Positions 18,110-30,367 are shown, counted from the stretch's first letter. The stretch is DNA of 64,000 bases from a virus (IMGVR_UViG_3300035497_000412), one strand, 5' to 3'. Notes: generated by a model not told the origin, from the letters alone. Made by a program: numbers and translations.

Positions 18110-18510
18110 TATGACACCTCCATAGTAGTGATTGGCTTCCAATCCTCTAGTTTTTCATTATTATCATCTTCGTAATACAAAGTGTAAGTTCCTGCATCTA
18201 GGTTTTCAAGAGTAATAACATTCTCAGAAGAGATATTACCAATATCTTTAGTATTTTGGAGATAAGATTGAAGATAAGCCTGAATGGCCTATTGGACAAA
18301 AGCAGTAGTAGCAATTTGCTCACTACTATCATCTGCGGCAGGTGTTGGAGCTTTTGGAGTTCCAGTTAAGGTGGGGCTATCTAAATCAGCCTTAGCCTCA
18401 TCAACTGCCTCAACGACTGCGGTTAGCTCATCTCCGGTTACGAAATTTCCAGAAATCTTATTCCATAATAAACCTAAACCAGTCTAATCTAAAAATTTCT
18501 TAATTTCCAA
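18109..18510 (-). CDS. tail-fibre-related protein (2 TAG=Gln), absent from the ORF track
   Basis: KKFLD*TG matches KKFLDQTG of the neighbouring gene; SPTLTGTPKAPT...QIATTAFV tail-fibre motif. Confidence 0.75.
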
Positions 18511-18575
18511 TATTTATACCTCCTAAATGGGAAAAAATAAAGGGGAAAATAATTCCCCTTTATTTAATACTCATA

Positions 18576-19256
18576 TTAGTTAGTGGCAGTTTGATCTGTA
18601 ACTGCATCAATTTCAGCGGAAGAAAGGGCAATAATGTTATTATAAACAGCTTCAGCGGAGCCAGCAGAATCGTAAGAGCCAGCAGCGACAGTATCCCAAT
18701 TAGAAATCTTCTCAGCAGTAATACCAAGGTCTTCAATAGCTTTGACTCGAGCGGCTAACGCAGTCAACTCAGAAGCCAGCGCATATTTGTCAACACCATC
18801 AGTTTGTAGAGCCGCAGTAATCTGTGCGGCAACACTAGTGCTACCAACTAAATCCTGTAAAGCTTCAATTGCGGTGCCATTGGCAGTGATATCACTACTC
18901 ATTTTAGCAGCGCCAGTGGTGTCACTGACAATCCAAGCAGCAATTTCGTTTAGAGTATCAATAGAACCGTTATTATTCTCATTAACGATTTCAGCAATTT
19001 GATAAGCCACAGAGCCTTCAGTGGTACTACCAGCATTTAACTTTGTAATTGCATTGGTGTTATCTTGAATTAACGCACGGACCGCAGTATCATCATATGT
19101 GCCCTTTTCCAGAGCATCAATTTTCCCCTCGGCCACAGTAACTCTTTCGTCAATAGCAGAAACAGTGGCGGTGTCAGCTTTATTACTCAGCTTAGACTGA
19201 ATCTTTTGCCATAAATAACCAGTACCGGTTTGGTCTAAAAACTTCTTAGTATCCAT
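18576..19256 (-). CDS. putative virion/tail-associated coiled-coil protein
   Basis: GSVAYQIA and DTLNEIAAWI motifs typical of fibre-associated proteins. Confidence 0.55.
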   Translation of the reverse strand: MDTKKFLDQTGTGYLWQKIQSKLSNKADTATVSAIDERVTVAEGKIDALEKGTYDDTAVRALIQDNTNAITKLNAGSTTEGSVAYQIAEIVNENNNGSIDTLNEIAAWIVSDTTGAAKMSSDITANGTAIEALQDLVGSTSVAAQITAALQTDGVDKYALASELTALAARVKAIEDLGITAEKISNWDTVAAGSYDSAGSAEAVYNNIIALSSAEIDAVTDQTATN

Positions 19257-19277
19257 TTAAATTATTTCCTCCTTAAA

Positions 19278-19763
19278 TTACTCAAATAATTTATCAATGT
19301 CATCTTCACTCATCGCCGCAATTTCACTCTTTTTAACATAATCAGTTAAATCGAAAGTGGCTCCAAGAGCATCCCAAGCAAGAGCATCATCTTCTGAGAT
19401 AATCGCCGCATAATTCATTCCATCAGACAGCACATTATATACGTCGCCATTTTTAACGTCTACTTCTGGAAGATCTTCATAAGTATCAACAGAACCTTTA
19501 TAACTATACACACTATTAATTGCGGCAGCCAGGTCATCTTGAGAAACAAGATTAGCTTTCTCAATAGCAGTAATGGTAGCATTAGTTACATCTGTGGCGG
19601 TTAAGAAAGAAGGTTTATTAGCGACACTTTCCCAATCAATTTCAGTAGTAACAAGTTTGCCATCTTTAATTTTTAGGCCATCGCCAAGGTTTGATTTGCT
19701 AATAAATAGCTCATCTAAGTTAGCTTTGAACCTAGCTAAGTTTGCATCTGAAACAAAAGCCAT
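19278..19763 (-). CDS. putative virion structural protein
   Basis: WESVANKP and YKGSV..Y.DLP...GDVYNV motifs. Confidence 0.55.
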   Translation of the reverse strand: MAFVSDANLARFKANLDELFISKSNLGDGLKIKDGKLVTTEIDWESVANKPSFLTATDVTNATITAIEKANLVSQDDLAAAINSVYSYKGSVDTYEDLPEVDVKNGDVYNVLSDGMNYAAIISEDDALAWDALGATFDLTDYVKKSEIAAMSEDDIDKLFE

Positions 19764-20128
19764 TATTCATTTTCCTCCTTTTCAAATAGGGTATCTACAT
19801 CAGAGTTTGTCATAGAAGTAATACCTATATCAGAAATATCTAAATCGCCTTTTAATTCGGCGCCATTGATAGTGGGAGTATCGGTTAATGTATCATAACT
19901 AATTGATGGAGTAGCTGTAACTCCAGTATCCTCTTCTCCAACATACCAATTACCATTTTCTCCGATATAAGGCTGTAAACTTTTAAGCCAAGTTTTTTCA
20001 TCTCCAACAAAGCCGTTATTCACAGCAATTTCATAGGCAGAGAGACCGGGATCGCCTTTAAGCACACCAGATTCCGATAGAGCGGCCTATATATTTTTTT
20101 TCATTAAAGCTAAAGTAATAATATCCAT
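19763..20128 (-). CDS. collagen-associated-type structural protein (TAG=Gln at codon 14)
   Basis: MDIITLAL N-terminus; SAYEIAV.NGF.G.E..WL.SL and PYIGENGNW motifs. Confidence 0.65.
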
Positions 20129-20313
20129 TATATTTCAATCCATTCCCCTGAGCTATTTAACATATATACAGCGCCAGTGGAGATAACAATGGCAGAACTG
20201 CCCATAGCAGCATTAGTTGGTAAAGATGTTAAGTCTTGTGGTGTATCAATGACAAATTCTTTTACATCGTAGGAGGTTTTGCCGTTTTGCGAAATGATGT
20301 TAATCATATACAT
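20128..20313 (-). CDS. small hypothetical virion-associated protein
   Basis: LP...AMGSSA.VISTG.VYMLNS.GEW pattern; RBS present. Confidence 0.55.
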   Translation of the reverse strand: MYMINIISQNGKTSYDVKEFVIDTPQDLTSLPTNAAMGSSAIVISTGAVYMLNSSGEWIEI

Positions 20314-20470
20314 ACTCTCCTTTCTTCCTTAAACTTAAAAATCTTTAAAGTTAAATTTTCCCTATCCAACCAAAAATTTCAATTTGATTTTTAATGTTAT
20401 TTATGGTATAATATTTATATTCTGCTAAGCTCCTTTACTTTTTTTTAGTTAAAAGGAGGAAGATAAAATA

Positions 20471-21334
20471 ATGAAGAGACTATTTAATCTTGGAATTATA
20501 TTAACAGTATTACTGAGTATACTTACTATGCAATGTTATGCAGAGAATCTTAGAGAAAATCCAAATTTTGAAGCAAATATTATAGATAATTTACCCGAAG
20601 AGGCCGAGGTAAAAGTCTTATCTATGGATGGGCACTGGTATTATATTTTTTATAATGGTAATTATGGATATCTTTATAATCCATATGCAGAGACTGTTAA
20701 ACTAACAGGAACTGTTAGCGCCCAAATAGCATTAATTCGTCAGAGTCCCGATGATGAAAGCGAGATTATTGGAGTCTTAGCAGAAAATGAAGTTGTTGTA
20801 ATTGAAGAAATTACAGACGATTGGTATAAATTGGAAGATGGATATATACGACGAGATTTTCTTTAGTTAGAAGAAAATGATAATGATACCGCAGAGCAAG
20901 AAATAATTACTATAGTAGAAGAAGACTTCGTTCCAATAGAAGAATTAATTGATCCTAATATAAACATTATAATTACTCCTAAAATAGTATCTATAACTAA
21001 GAAATATTTAGGAGTCCCTTATATTTGGGGTGGAACTACTCCAACAGGATTTGATTGTTCAGGATTTACTCAATATGTAATGCGCCAATGCGGTTACTCG
21101 ATCAATCGAACGGCCGCAAACCAGTATAGCAATGGGACATATGTTGCTTATAGTGATTTACAGGCAGGAGATTTAGTATTTTTCTCTTCTGGAGGTAAAA
21201 TTAATCACGTTGGCATCTATATTGGAGATGGACAATTTATCCACTCGCCGCATACTGGAGACGTAGTAAAAATTTCTAGTTTATCTGAAACATATTATAC
21301 CAATCACTATTATGGTGCAAGACGAGTATCATAA
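20471..21334 (+). CDS. secreted SH3b + NlpC/P60 peptidoglycan peptidase (TAG=Gln at 20864)
   Basis: Signal peptide, two SH3b-like repeats, YLGVPYIWGG..GFDCSG and HVGIY. Confidence 0.85.
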
Positions 21335-21744
21335 CTTTAAAGAGGACCAAATAAGGTCCTCTTTTTTGATTTTTCATAAAAAATATAATATAATATTTAT
21401 ATGAATAAAATAAAAACAATTGAAATTAAACCAGAAGTAACGGTTGAGATTAAAGATTGTAAAGTTTGCGGTCAGGGAAAAATTTATAAGTTTTTATGGG
21501 ATAAAAATAGAAAAAGCGCAATATTCTTGAGGTGTAAGTGTGTATAATAAACTAGTAGAAGAAATTATATTATATAAGCCAGATTTTTCCATTAAAAATG
21601 ACATTACCATTTGGACATATGAAATGATTAAAACACTGGTAGAAAGAGAAAAAGATTAATCTTTTTCTCTTCCTTGATTTTTTCATAAAAATTTGTTATA
21701 ATATATATAGAAAGTTAAGGAATAACTTACTTGGAGGTGTTCAT

Positions 21745-22017
21745 ATGGCTTATAAGAAAAGCAAATACTCAGCCACTGCTAATGGAGATTTGAGATTTAG
21801 AACTATCGATGTTTTAGTTAGCACGCAAGACGCTCTATGTATTGCAGATATTCAACAGTCTGATATTATTTTAGGACAGCAAACTTCACAAAAACTTACT
21901 AGAGTTCTTGGTGAGCTTATTGAAATGGGACTTGTAGTAAAAAGCAAGTCAAAGGCAAAAAATAGAATGGTTTATAAATCTGTCGCTGTAATGGAACAAC
22001 AGGGGTATGAAGTATGA
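21745..22017 (+). CDS. small winged-helix-like protein
   Basis: TSQKLTRVLGELIEMGLVVK...MVY. Confidence 0.45.
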   Translation: MAYKKSKYSATANGDLRFRTIDVLVSTQDALCIADIQQSDIILGQQTSQKLTRVLGELIEMGLVVKSKSKAKNRMVYKSVAVMEQQGYEV

Positions 22018-22352
22018 TTAAGGTAAAGATGCACGTTGAAAAAGATATCGAGATGGAAGTCTCTTATCCTTTAAATATTCATGATGAAATCTCCAAATGG
22101 GAGCAAGAACATGGACTAAAAGATTCTGTTGTCTATTTTGAATACAATGAGCCTTTTGTTGTTAAAATTAATGATATTGATTTGGGTATTTGTATTCCTG
22201 ACAATAATGTAGTATATACGCCTGAAGCTTTTGGCTATGTTCAAACCAGAGATGCTTACAATGACGCTTATCTATATAATCCTAAAGATTCTTCAGAAAA
22301 AATGTATTTTGAAGGAGATACTATTCCTTTTATAGAAAGAGAGTGATATACT

Positions 22353-23648
22353 ATGGCTTATTTTGCATATGTAACTACTTTACAGAATCTGCGGCCACAT
22401 CCTAATGCTGATCGTCTTCAGTTAGGAGATTGCTTTGGTAATACTGTTTGCGTTAGCATGGAATATACTGAGGGGCAGATTGGAATTTATTTTCCGGTAG
22501 ATGGACAGTTGTCTGAGGAGTTTGCTGAAAAGAATAATTTGATTCGACACAAGGATGAAAATGGCAATAACATTGGTGGCTATATGTCGGATAAGCGCAA
22601 TGTTACTGCAATCAAGCTGCGAGGTCAGAAGTCCGATGGACTGTTTCTTCCGATTTCTTGCTTAGCATATGCTGGTAATACTTCCAAGTTGCAAATTGGC
22701 GATGCTATTAGTGTATTCAATGGGCATGAGATTTGTCAGAAGTATATTCCTAAGAAGAATTCTCGACAGAATGTTTCTGCTGGCAACCGCACCCGTAAGA
22801 AGAAGGTTCCTATGGCCCCTCTTTTTATTGAACACGTTGATACTGAACAGCTTGCTTATCATATGAGCGACTTCCAGCCTGGTGATGATGTAGAAATTAC
22901 TTTGAAGATGCACGGAAGTTCACAGCGAACTGGGCATTTGCCTGTTTTCAAGGGATATAAGCGTTCTTTCTGGGACAAGATTACCCATAAGGAAGGAACT
23001 CCTATTTATGACTGGGGTTATGTGACTGGAACTCGGCGTACTGTCCTTAATGAGGATTCTGAAGGATACTATGGTTCTAATGAATTTCGTAAGGTTCATA
23101 GCGATTTCCTAGAAGGTAAGCTTTGGAAAAATGAGGAAATCTTTTACGAAGTGGTTGGTTATATTGACGATAGAATTTCTATTATGCCTTCTGGAACCGT
23201 TCCTAATGAATATCGCCAACAATATGGAAAGATTATGGAATTCTCTTATGGTATGACTGCACCCAACTCTGATATGTATGTATATAGAATGACTATGACC
23301 TCCCCCGATGGAGAAATTGTTGAGTACTCTCCTGAGTTTATGCGTTATCGCTGTAAGCAGATTGGAGTAAAGTGCGTTCCCGTCTTATGGCGCGGACGTA
23401 TTCCAGAAGACATTGATATTCCTGCTGGTGAGTGGATTAAGAATATCGCTGAGCGGTATTATGATGGTCCTGATCCTATTGGTAAGACTCATGTGCGCGA
23501 AGGTGTCGTCTGCCGCATTGTGAATCGTCCGAAGTTTGCTGGTTACAAGCATAAGAATTGGCTGTTTAAGTACGTATCTGGTATTATTGTAGAAAAAATT
23601 GCTGATAGCGATGAAACTTATGATGCAGATATTCTTTCGGAGATGTAA
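22353..23648 (+). CDS. ATP-dependent RNA ligase (Rnl2/DRB0094-type) with N-terminal OB domain
   Basis: HPNADRL, KLRGQKSDG, motif I TLKMHGSS, REGVV, YKHKN. Confidence 0.8.
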   Translation: MAYFAYVTTLQNLRPHPNADRLQLGDCFGNTVCVSMEYTEGQIGIYFPVDGQLSEEFAEKNNLIRHKDENGNNIGGYMSDKRNVTAIKLRGQKSDGLFLPISCLAYAGNTSKLQIGDAISVFNGHEICQKYIPKKNSRQNVSAGNRTRKKKVPMAPLFIEHVDTEQLAYHMSDFQPGDDVEITLKMHGSSQRTGHLPVFKGYKRSFWDKITHKEGTPIYDWGYVTGTRRTVLNEDSEGYYGSNEFRKVHSDFLEGKLWKNEEIFYEVVGYIDDRISIMPSGTVPNEYRQQYGKIMEFSYGMTAPNSDMYVYRMTMTSPDGEIVEYSPEFMRYRCKQIGVKCVPVLWRGRIPEDIDIPAGEWIKNIAERYYDGPDPIGKTHVREGVVCRIVNRPKFAGYKHKNWLFKYVSGIIVEKIADSDETYDADILSEM

Positions 23649-24750
23649 TAATGAAAATGAAAATTGATAAAGCTAGTTTTGCTAATATGATAAAGGTTAT
23701 GGAAAAATACAAAGAGCAATCTGAGAACTTGTCTAAAATAGGTATTAGTGTTTGGAATCCTGTAATGAATAATTTAGAGGCTTATTATCTAATTACGTTA
23801 AAAGTTATTATGAACGACACAGGAGATTTAATTAGGTACTTTTGTTACACTTTGAATTTTGGTAAAAATTGGAAACCTGGTTGCTATCTTGGTAGAGGTG
23901 GAAAAGATATCTCTTTGAAGGATTCAAATGATTTATGGAATGCGCTAGTAGGAGAAAATGAATGAAGATGATTATTATTGCAGTAGTTGCTTTTATCGTT
24001 GGGTTTGGCTTTGGTGCTATGATTATGTCACTGATGGCAGTAAAGGAGGAAAATTAATGAACGAAAATAATAATAATAGTATTTTTGAAGTTCTTACGGA
24101 AGCACTTGCATCTGTTATTGCTGGAATTATTATTTTATTTGTTGACGCTGCACTTGCGACATGGCTTTGGAATCTTATTGTAGTTTTAGTGTTTCATGCC
24201 CCCGCACTCGTTTTTTGGCAGGCATTTGGCCTTATCGCTTTGGTAAGAATTATTTTAAATTTGGAGACTATTACGTTCAGTACAGATACAAATGAAGAAT
24301 AATAAAAAAATCAAGGATTCTAATAAAAAGAGAATCCTTGTTTTTTTTATAAAAATATGCTATAATATATATATAAAATAAAGGAGATGTTAAGTATGAA
24401 ATTTAAGCATCGAAAGAGTGCTCAGCGCAAGATTAACAAGGCAGTTAAGAATATGAATAAGAGCATTGCCGTTGACCCTCTGTGGAGAGGAAGATTTTGT
24501 GCCCATCAGACTTACTCAAGTTGGGAGAGTTTTACAGATGGCTCTGGTGGAATTCTAAATGTAAATATTGAGTTTAAGGATAAAAAGACTGGTTACACAA
24601 AGTTGTTTCTTTTTGATAGCTGCGGTAGAATTGAATGGTATCTTTTTCTTGCTATGAATGATTTCATTGTAACAGATTGTCACGATTCTACTTGGGGCGA
24701 TAGAGAGGCTATTTTAGCAGATACTACTGATTATACAAAGATTAATTAAT

Positions 24751-25443
24751 ATGATATATGTAACTTCAGATTGGCATGGTTATTTAGCTTTATATGACGA
24801 AGCTAAAAAAATATTATCTCCAGATGATACCGTGTATTTTTTAGGAGATATTATTGATAGAGGTCCAGAGCCTTGGAAAATTTTTAAAACCCTTTATAAA
24901 GACCCCCAATTTATTCTGCTTTGCGGTAATCATGAAGATATGCTTATTAAAGCTTTGAATAATCAATTAAAGTCTATAGAACTTCTCCGTCAAAATGGAG
25001 GATATGAAACTTATATGCAAGTTCTTCAAGAAAAAGACGTTGAAAAGTGGGTAAAGCGTTTACAGTCTTTACCATTAATGACATCTTTAAACAATGAAAA
25101 AGGACAAAATTTGATTTTATGTCATGCAGGGTATACTCCAAAAGAAGGCTTCATTCCCACCTCAGATGATTTGTTATGGAATCGAAATCATATTTACAAT
25201 AATTGGAGTGGTGATGATAATACCATTGTAATTCATGGACACACCCCCATTGCAAGTATGAATAAAAGATTTAAAAAAGCAAATGACTTTTATGAAACAG
25301 AAAGATTTACCACATTGCAAACTTCAGCAGTTTTATATTATTGTGACAAGCATAAAATCGATGTAGATATGGGCACAGTAAAAACTCATATGGCAGTTCT
25401 TCTAAATATAGACACTTTTGAAGAAATTATTTTAAAAATCTAA
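24751..25443 (+). CDS. Ser/Thr protein phosphatase-like metallophosphoesterase
   Basis: SDWHG, LGDIIDRG, GNHE, HAG, HGHTP. Confidence 0.85.
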   Translation: MIYVTSDWHGYLALYDEAKKILSPDDTVYFLGDIIDRGPEPWKIFKTLYKDPQFILLCGNHEDMLIKALNNQLKSIELLRQNGGYETYMQVLQEKDVEKWVKRLQSLPLMTSLNNEKGQNLILCHAGYTPKEGFIPTSDDLLWNRNHIYNNWSGDDNTIVIHGHTPIASMNKRFKKANDFYETERFTTLQTSAVLYYCDKHKIDVDMGTVKTHMAVLLNIDTFEEIILKI

Positions 25444-25725
25444 ATATAGAGTAGGTGGTTTATATGGCTAGGAAAAACATTGTTGAGCATGATTTTTATT
25501 GTCTGAATTGCGGCAAGCGCGCTTTGACTCTCCCGCGCAAGCAAGGACATCAGCATGAGAGATTTCATAGAAAAAAACTTTATTGCCCTTGGTGCCAAAT
25601 GAAAGTCAATGCGATTGAATGTAAAACTTGGGAAGATAGAATTGAATTTCAGGAAAATTTTGAAAAAGGAATTTATAAGGAAGAGGCTGCCGCAAGTATT
25701 GAGTATGCGCTAAATGAGAGGAAAT

Positions 25726-26199
25726 ATGATTAAAACGTCCAAGAATTTATATTTACTTTGCGGGATTCCAGGATCTGGGAAATCGACTTTTGTTAAGAAC
25801 GACCTTGCGCGTACTCATGGCAAATGGATTTCACGAGATGAGGTAAGATTCAGTATTGTTAATGATGATGAAGAATACTTTTCTCATGAGGATGAAGTTT
25901 TTAATACTTTTATCATTTGGATTAATGAAGCTCTTAATAATTATGATGATGTCTATGTAGATGCTACTCATTTAAATGAAAGAGCTAGAAATAAAGTTCT
26001 GAAGCGTCTTAACTTATTTGATGTAAATATTATTGCTGTCAACTTTAATGTAAATGTTAATATCTGTTTAGAACGTAATTCCAAGCGAGAAGGTAGAGCT
26101 TGCGTTCCTGAGAAGGCCATCCGCAATATGTATGCAAGTTGGCATCCTGCTAAAAAGGGAGAGCTATTTAATTATACAGAAATTATTAATATTGAGTAA
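25726..26199 (+). CDS. AAA_33 P-loop kinase (polynucleotide kinase-like)
   Basis: GIPGSGKST, ISRDEVR, DATHL, CLERNSKR. Confidence 0.8.
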   Translation: MIKTSKNLYLLCGIPGSGKSTFVKNDLARTHGKWISRDEVRFSIVNDDEEYFSHEDEVFNTFIIWINEALNNYDDVYVDATHLNERARNKVLKRLNLFDVNIIAVNFNVNVNICLERNSKREGRACVPEKAIRNMYASWHPAKKGELFNYTEIINIE

Positions 26200-26215
26200 A
26201 AAGAGGGTGATTTTT

Positions 26216-26783
26216 ACGATCTGGTTTACTTCAGATTGGCATTAGCCACTTTAATCATAACAAGGACTTCATTTGGAAATCAAGAGGATTTTCAAGCGTT
26301 GAAGAGATGAATAAGGAAATTGTGTTTCGACATAATCTTTTTGTTTCTCTGTGGGATGATGTCTATGTACTTGGTGATCTTTGTCTTGGCGCGGATGACG
26401 TTTATGAAGATAATAAACGTCTTATTGAATCTTTGAATGGCAGACTTCATATTGTGCTGGGAAACCATGATAGCCAAAAGCGCATTGAAATGTATAAAAC
26501 TTGCAAGAATGTTGTTGAAATTTGCGGCTATGCTACAATGCTAAAGTATAAGAAATACATTTTTTATATTAGCCATTATCCAACTTTGACAAGTAACTTT
26601 GATAATACTAAGCCGCTAAAAGCAAAAACTATCAATCTGTGTGGACATGGTCATGTTGAAGACAAGTTTGCGGATATTGATAAAGGCTTGATTTATCATG
26701 TGGAAATGGACGCACACAGTTGCTACCCTATTGCCCTTGATGATATTATTGAACAACTTAAATATAGATATTTAGAGGTATGA
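26216..26783 (+). CDS. metallophosphoesterase; ACG start and a 7-nt out-of-frame insertion at 26243-26249
   Basis: FTSDWH|FNHN is restored by skipping 7 nt; LGDL, GNHD, SHYP and GHGH downstream. Confidence 0.7.
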
Positions 26784-26949
26784 GCTTTTCTCATACCTCT
26801 TTTTTTTTAATTCAATTTTCGTTAGGCTAGACACGCTCGCTTGCTGATTTTTCACCCGTATAGCATTTTTTTAACCAAAAAGTTGGATTTGCTTTTTCCG
26901 GTTTTTTTTAGTATAATAATATTAATAGATTAGAAGAAAGGAGAATCTT

Positions 26950-27390
26950 ATGGTAAAGGAAAAAATTGAATTTAACTGGATTGAAGAATTGAGTATGGCT
27001 ACTTGCAACCTTGAAGTTAATGGCCATGTTTTCCATGGATCTGCTACTTGCCATCCAAAAGATAAAGATATGTGTAGTGAAAAAACTGGAGAAGAAATTG
27101 CCTATCGTCGTGCCACAATTAGTTATCTGTAGTATTTAAAGGAAAATTACCAAGGACGAATTCAAGGTTTAAAACAATTTTATTATTCAATTAATCAAAG
27201 TAAAAAATATAATGCGGATAGTTATGAAGCTATTATGCTACGGCGTCAAATACGTCTTCTTGAAGAAGAATTAGATATTATTAAAGAAATGATTATTGAA
27301 GAAAAACATGGTTTAAGAACTTATATTTCTTTAAAAGATGATTTTTATAATACAGTTCGTTCTATTAGGGGTAAGGACAAGAACTATTAA
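26950..27390 (+). CDS. hypothetical protein (TAG=Gln at 27130)
   Basis: G.A.CHP.D....KTG.EIA motif; frame continues to TAA 27390. Confidence 0.65.
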
Positions 27391-27691
27391 TTTTATATTA
27401 ATAAAATACTACTATTAATAGAAGGATTCATATCTTCAAGTAAAAAAGGAGTGTGGTTTATATCGTTTCGTTATTATTTTTTTTACTGGGGATAATTTTT
27501 ATTATTTTTGTTTATCCTATAATTGACGGAGTGTGTTCTATTATATTAACGCAAATAGAATACATTAAGGGGATATATGCTCTTAAAATTTCTAAGTTAA
27601 ATTTGCAGATATCGTCTTTGGATGAAGACAAAGAAACAATGAATCCAATAGGTTTTGTGATTAGTTCAGACAAAGATGAAGGAGGAAACAA

Positions 27692-29228
27692 ATGAAACGC
27701 AATTTCTATGATACAAGCAGTCTACTATTAAGAGCTGATGATTTATTTTCAAAAGAAGAAAATATAGCCTTTTCTTCCATAACTTTACAAGAATTGGAAA
27801 GCATTAAAAGTTCAACGAGTAAAGATTTAGATATAAAATTTGCAGCTCGAAAACTTCTTCATCTTTTTATTAGACATCCAAACGAATATGAAGTTTTTAT
27901 TTATAATGATAATATGAATACTCCTATTTGCAAAAAGGGGCTAGAATTAACAAATGATACCAAAATTCTAGCAACTGCTATAGCATATGATCAAGCATAT
28001 CCAGATGAAGTTATATTTATTACTAATGATTTAGCTTTATACAATATTGCCAATCTATTTTTTGGTAATGATAGTATTGATATGGTTGAAGAGGATAAAG
28101 CAGATGATTACACTGGATATTTACAGGTCAATATGAGTGAATAGGAAATGGAATATTTTTATTCTAATATGAATAAAAATATTTATGATTTATTAGTAAA
28201 TCAATATTTAGTCATTTGTGATAAAGATAATAATTTTGTTGATAGCTATTGCTGGACGGGTGAAAATTATCGTCCTTTAAATTATGATGCTTTTAATTCT
28301 ATTTGGTTTGGTAAGGTTAAACCTTATAAGAATGATGTATATCAAAGACTGCTATTTGATAGCTTATATAATAATGATATGACTATCATTAGAGGTCCAG
28401 CTGGATGCGGTAAGAGTTTTTGCGCAATGAGCTATTTAATGTATGCGCTTGATAAAGGCATTATTGATAAGATTTATATTTTTTGTAATCCAGTAGCTAC
28501 AAAAGATTCCGCTCGACTTGGGTTAATTTAAATTAGGGTAAGGCTCAAGTATAAAACTCCGTGAATTGCTGGAACCTCCTTAGAGCTATACAAACCACAA
28601 CATAAACATGAAATAAGGTTAAATGTGAAGGTTTAAGAATTGTGTAGATTGGACAATCAGCAGCGAAGCCTCGAATAGAGGAACGTTCATCGACTATCGA
28701 AAAGCGCATATGCGAACTTAGTAGAGTAGGATAATTATCCGAAGCGCGGAGATTCTATTTTTAGAATAAGATATAGTCAGGCTTTTGATGAAAGTCAAAA
28801 GGTTAAATGTTTACCCTGGCGATAAGAACATGAAGCTTTTAGATTCTCAGATTGGAAATTTTTTAGTCGGTAAATTTGGAGGAATGGAAGCCGTAGATGA
28901 ATTAATTGAAAAAGGTCAATTGATTTTAGCACCAATTTCAGATTGCAGAGGAACCGATTTAAGTGGAAAAATTGGAGTTTATATGACTGAAGCGCAAAAT
29001 ACAACTGTTGATATAATGCAATTAGTTCTCCAAAGAGTTGGCAGTAATTGTAAAGTTATCATTGAAGGTGACGATAAAGCACAAGTTGATTTAAATGCTT
29101 ACTCCAATGGAAACAATGGTCTAAGAAAAGCTTCTCAAGTTTTTAGAGGACAAGATTATTATGGAGAAATTACACTAAATGCTTGCCATAGATCAAAAAT
29201 TGCTAGACAAGCAGAATTAATGACCTAA
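27692..29228 (+). CDS. phoH: PIN-PhoH protein (TAG=Gln at 28142; intron 28524-28809)
   Basis: PIN YDTS/ELE/NDTKI/TND; Walker A GPAGCGKS; spliced LG|FYPGD; RG, EAQN, GD..QVD. Confidence 0.85.
28524..28809 (+). mobile_element. group I intron in phoH
   Basis: AATTGCTGGAA, AATCAGCAG, CATCGACTA and AAGATATAGTC; removal restores the frame. Confidence 0.9.
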
Positions 29229-29288
29229 CCAAAAGAAGGCAATTATTTGCCTTCTTTTATTTTTTCGATTTTTAAGGAGAGATTAGTT

Positions 29289-30365
29289 ATGAAATATACT
29301 TCAAGTAATAAACCTTTAGTTTGTATGTAGACTAATTCTACTTGTTACAAAGGAACAAAAACTATGACTATTAAAGGAGTACTTTGGCATAGCACAGGGG
29401 CTGCTAACCCTACTTTAAAGCGTTATGTACAACCTAGTTCCGACGATGCAAATTATGATAAGTTAATTAAACTTTTGGGGAAAAATACAAACGGAAATGA
29501 CTGGAATCACATTTCTCATAGTGCAGGATTAAATTGTTGGATTGGTCAACTAGCTGATGGGACTGTTACAACAGTACAAACCATGCCTTGGAATTATCGT
29601 CCTTGGGGGTGCGGTTCTGGCTCTAAAGGTAGTTGTAATGACGGTTGGATTCAATTTGAGATCTGTGAGCCGACCGCATTAACTGATGCAACTTATTTTA
29701 ATAAAGTTTATACAGAAGCTTGTGAAATTACTGCTTATTTATGCAAGCTTTATAATATTGACCCAAAAGGCACCGCAACTGTTAATGGAGTAAAGGTTCC
29801 TACTATTTTATGCCATCAGGATAGCTATAAACTCGGTCTTGGCACGAACCATTCTGATGTCTATAACTGGTTTAATAAACATGGAAAGACTATGGACGAT
29901 GCGCGATCGGACGTCGCAAAATTAATGGGAGTTTCTACTTCTGAAAATAAGGACTCTAGCTCATCTGGGACTAGTTCTAGCGAAGTTACAGTTAATTATA
30001 CGGTTACTGTATCATCTAGCTCAAATTTAAACTGTAGAAAAGGGCCAGGAACTAATTTTGCTATTGTGACATCTTATCCAAAAGGAACCAAATTAACCAT
30101 CACTAAGGAAAATAACGGCTGGGGATATACTGGCAAAGGCTGGGTTTCATTATCTTATGTTACTAAAGTTGTTACTTCTTCTAGCTATCAAGTGCGCGTG
30201 ACCGCAAGTTCTTTAAATATTCGTAAAGGCCCAGGCACCTCATACGCAATTACTGGGGTTATTAAAGATAAAGGAACTTATACTATTACTAAGACTTCTG
30301 GCGGATGGGGATATTTGCGTAGTGGTGCTGGATGGATTAATCTTAGCTATACTAAAAAGGTATAA
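29289..30365 (+). CDS. endolysin, amidase_2-type with two SH3b domains (TAG=Gln at codon 14)
   Basis: WHSTG, QFEICE, CH and H.D zinc ligands; LN.RKGPGT SH3b repeats; true start at 29289. Confidence 0.85.
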
Positions 30366-30367
30366 TT

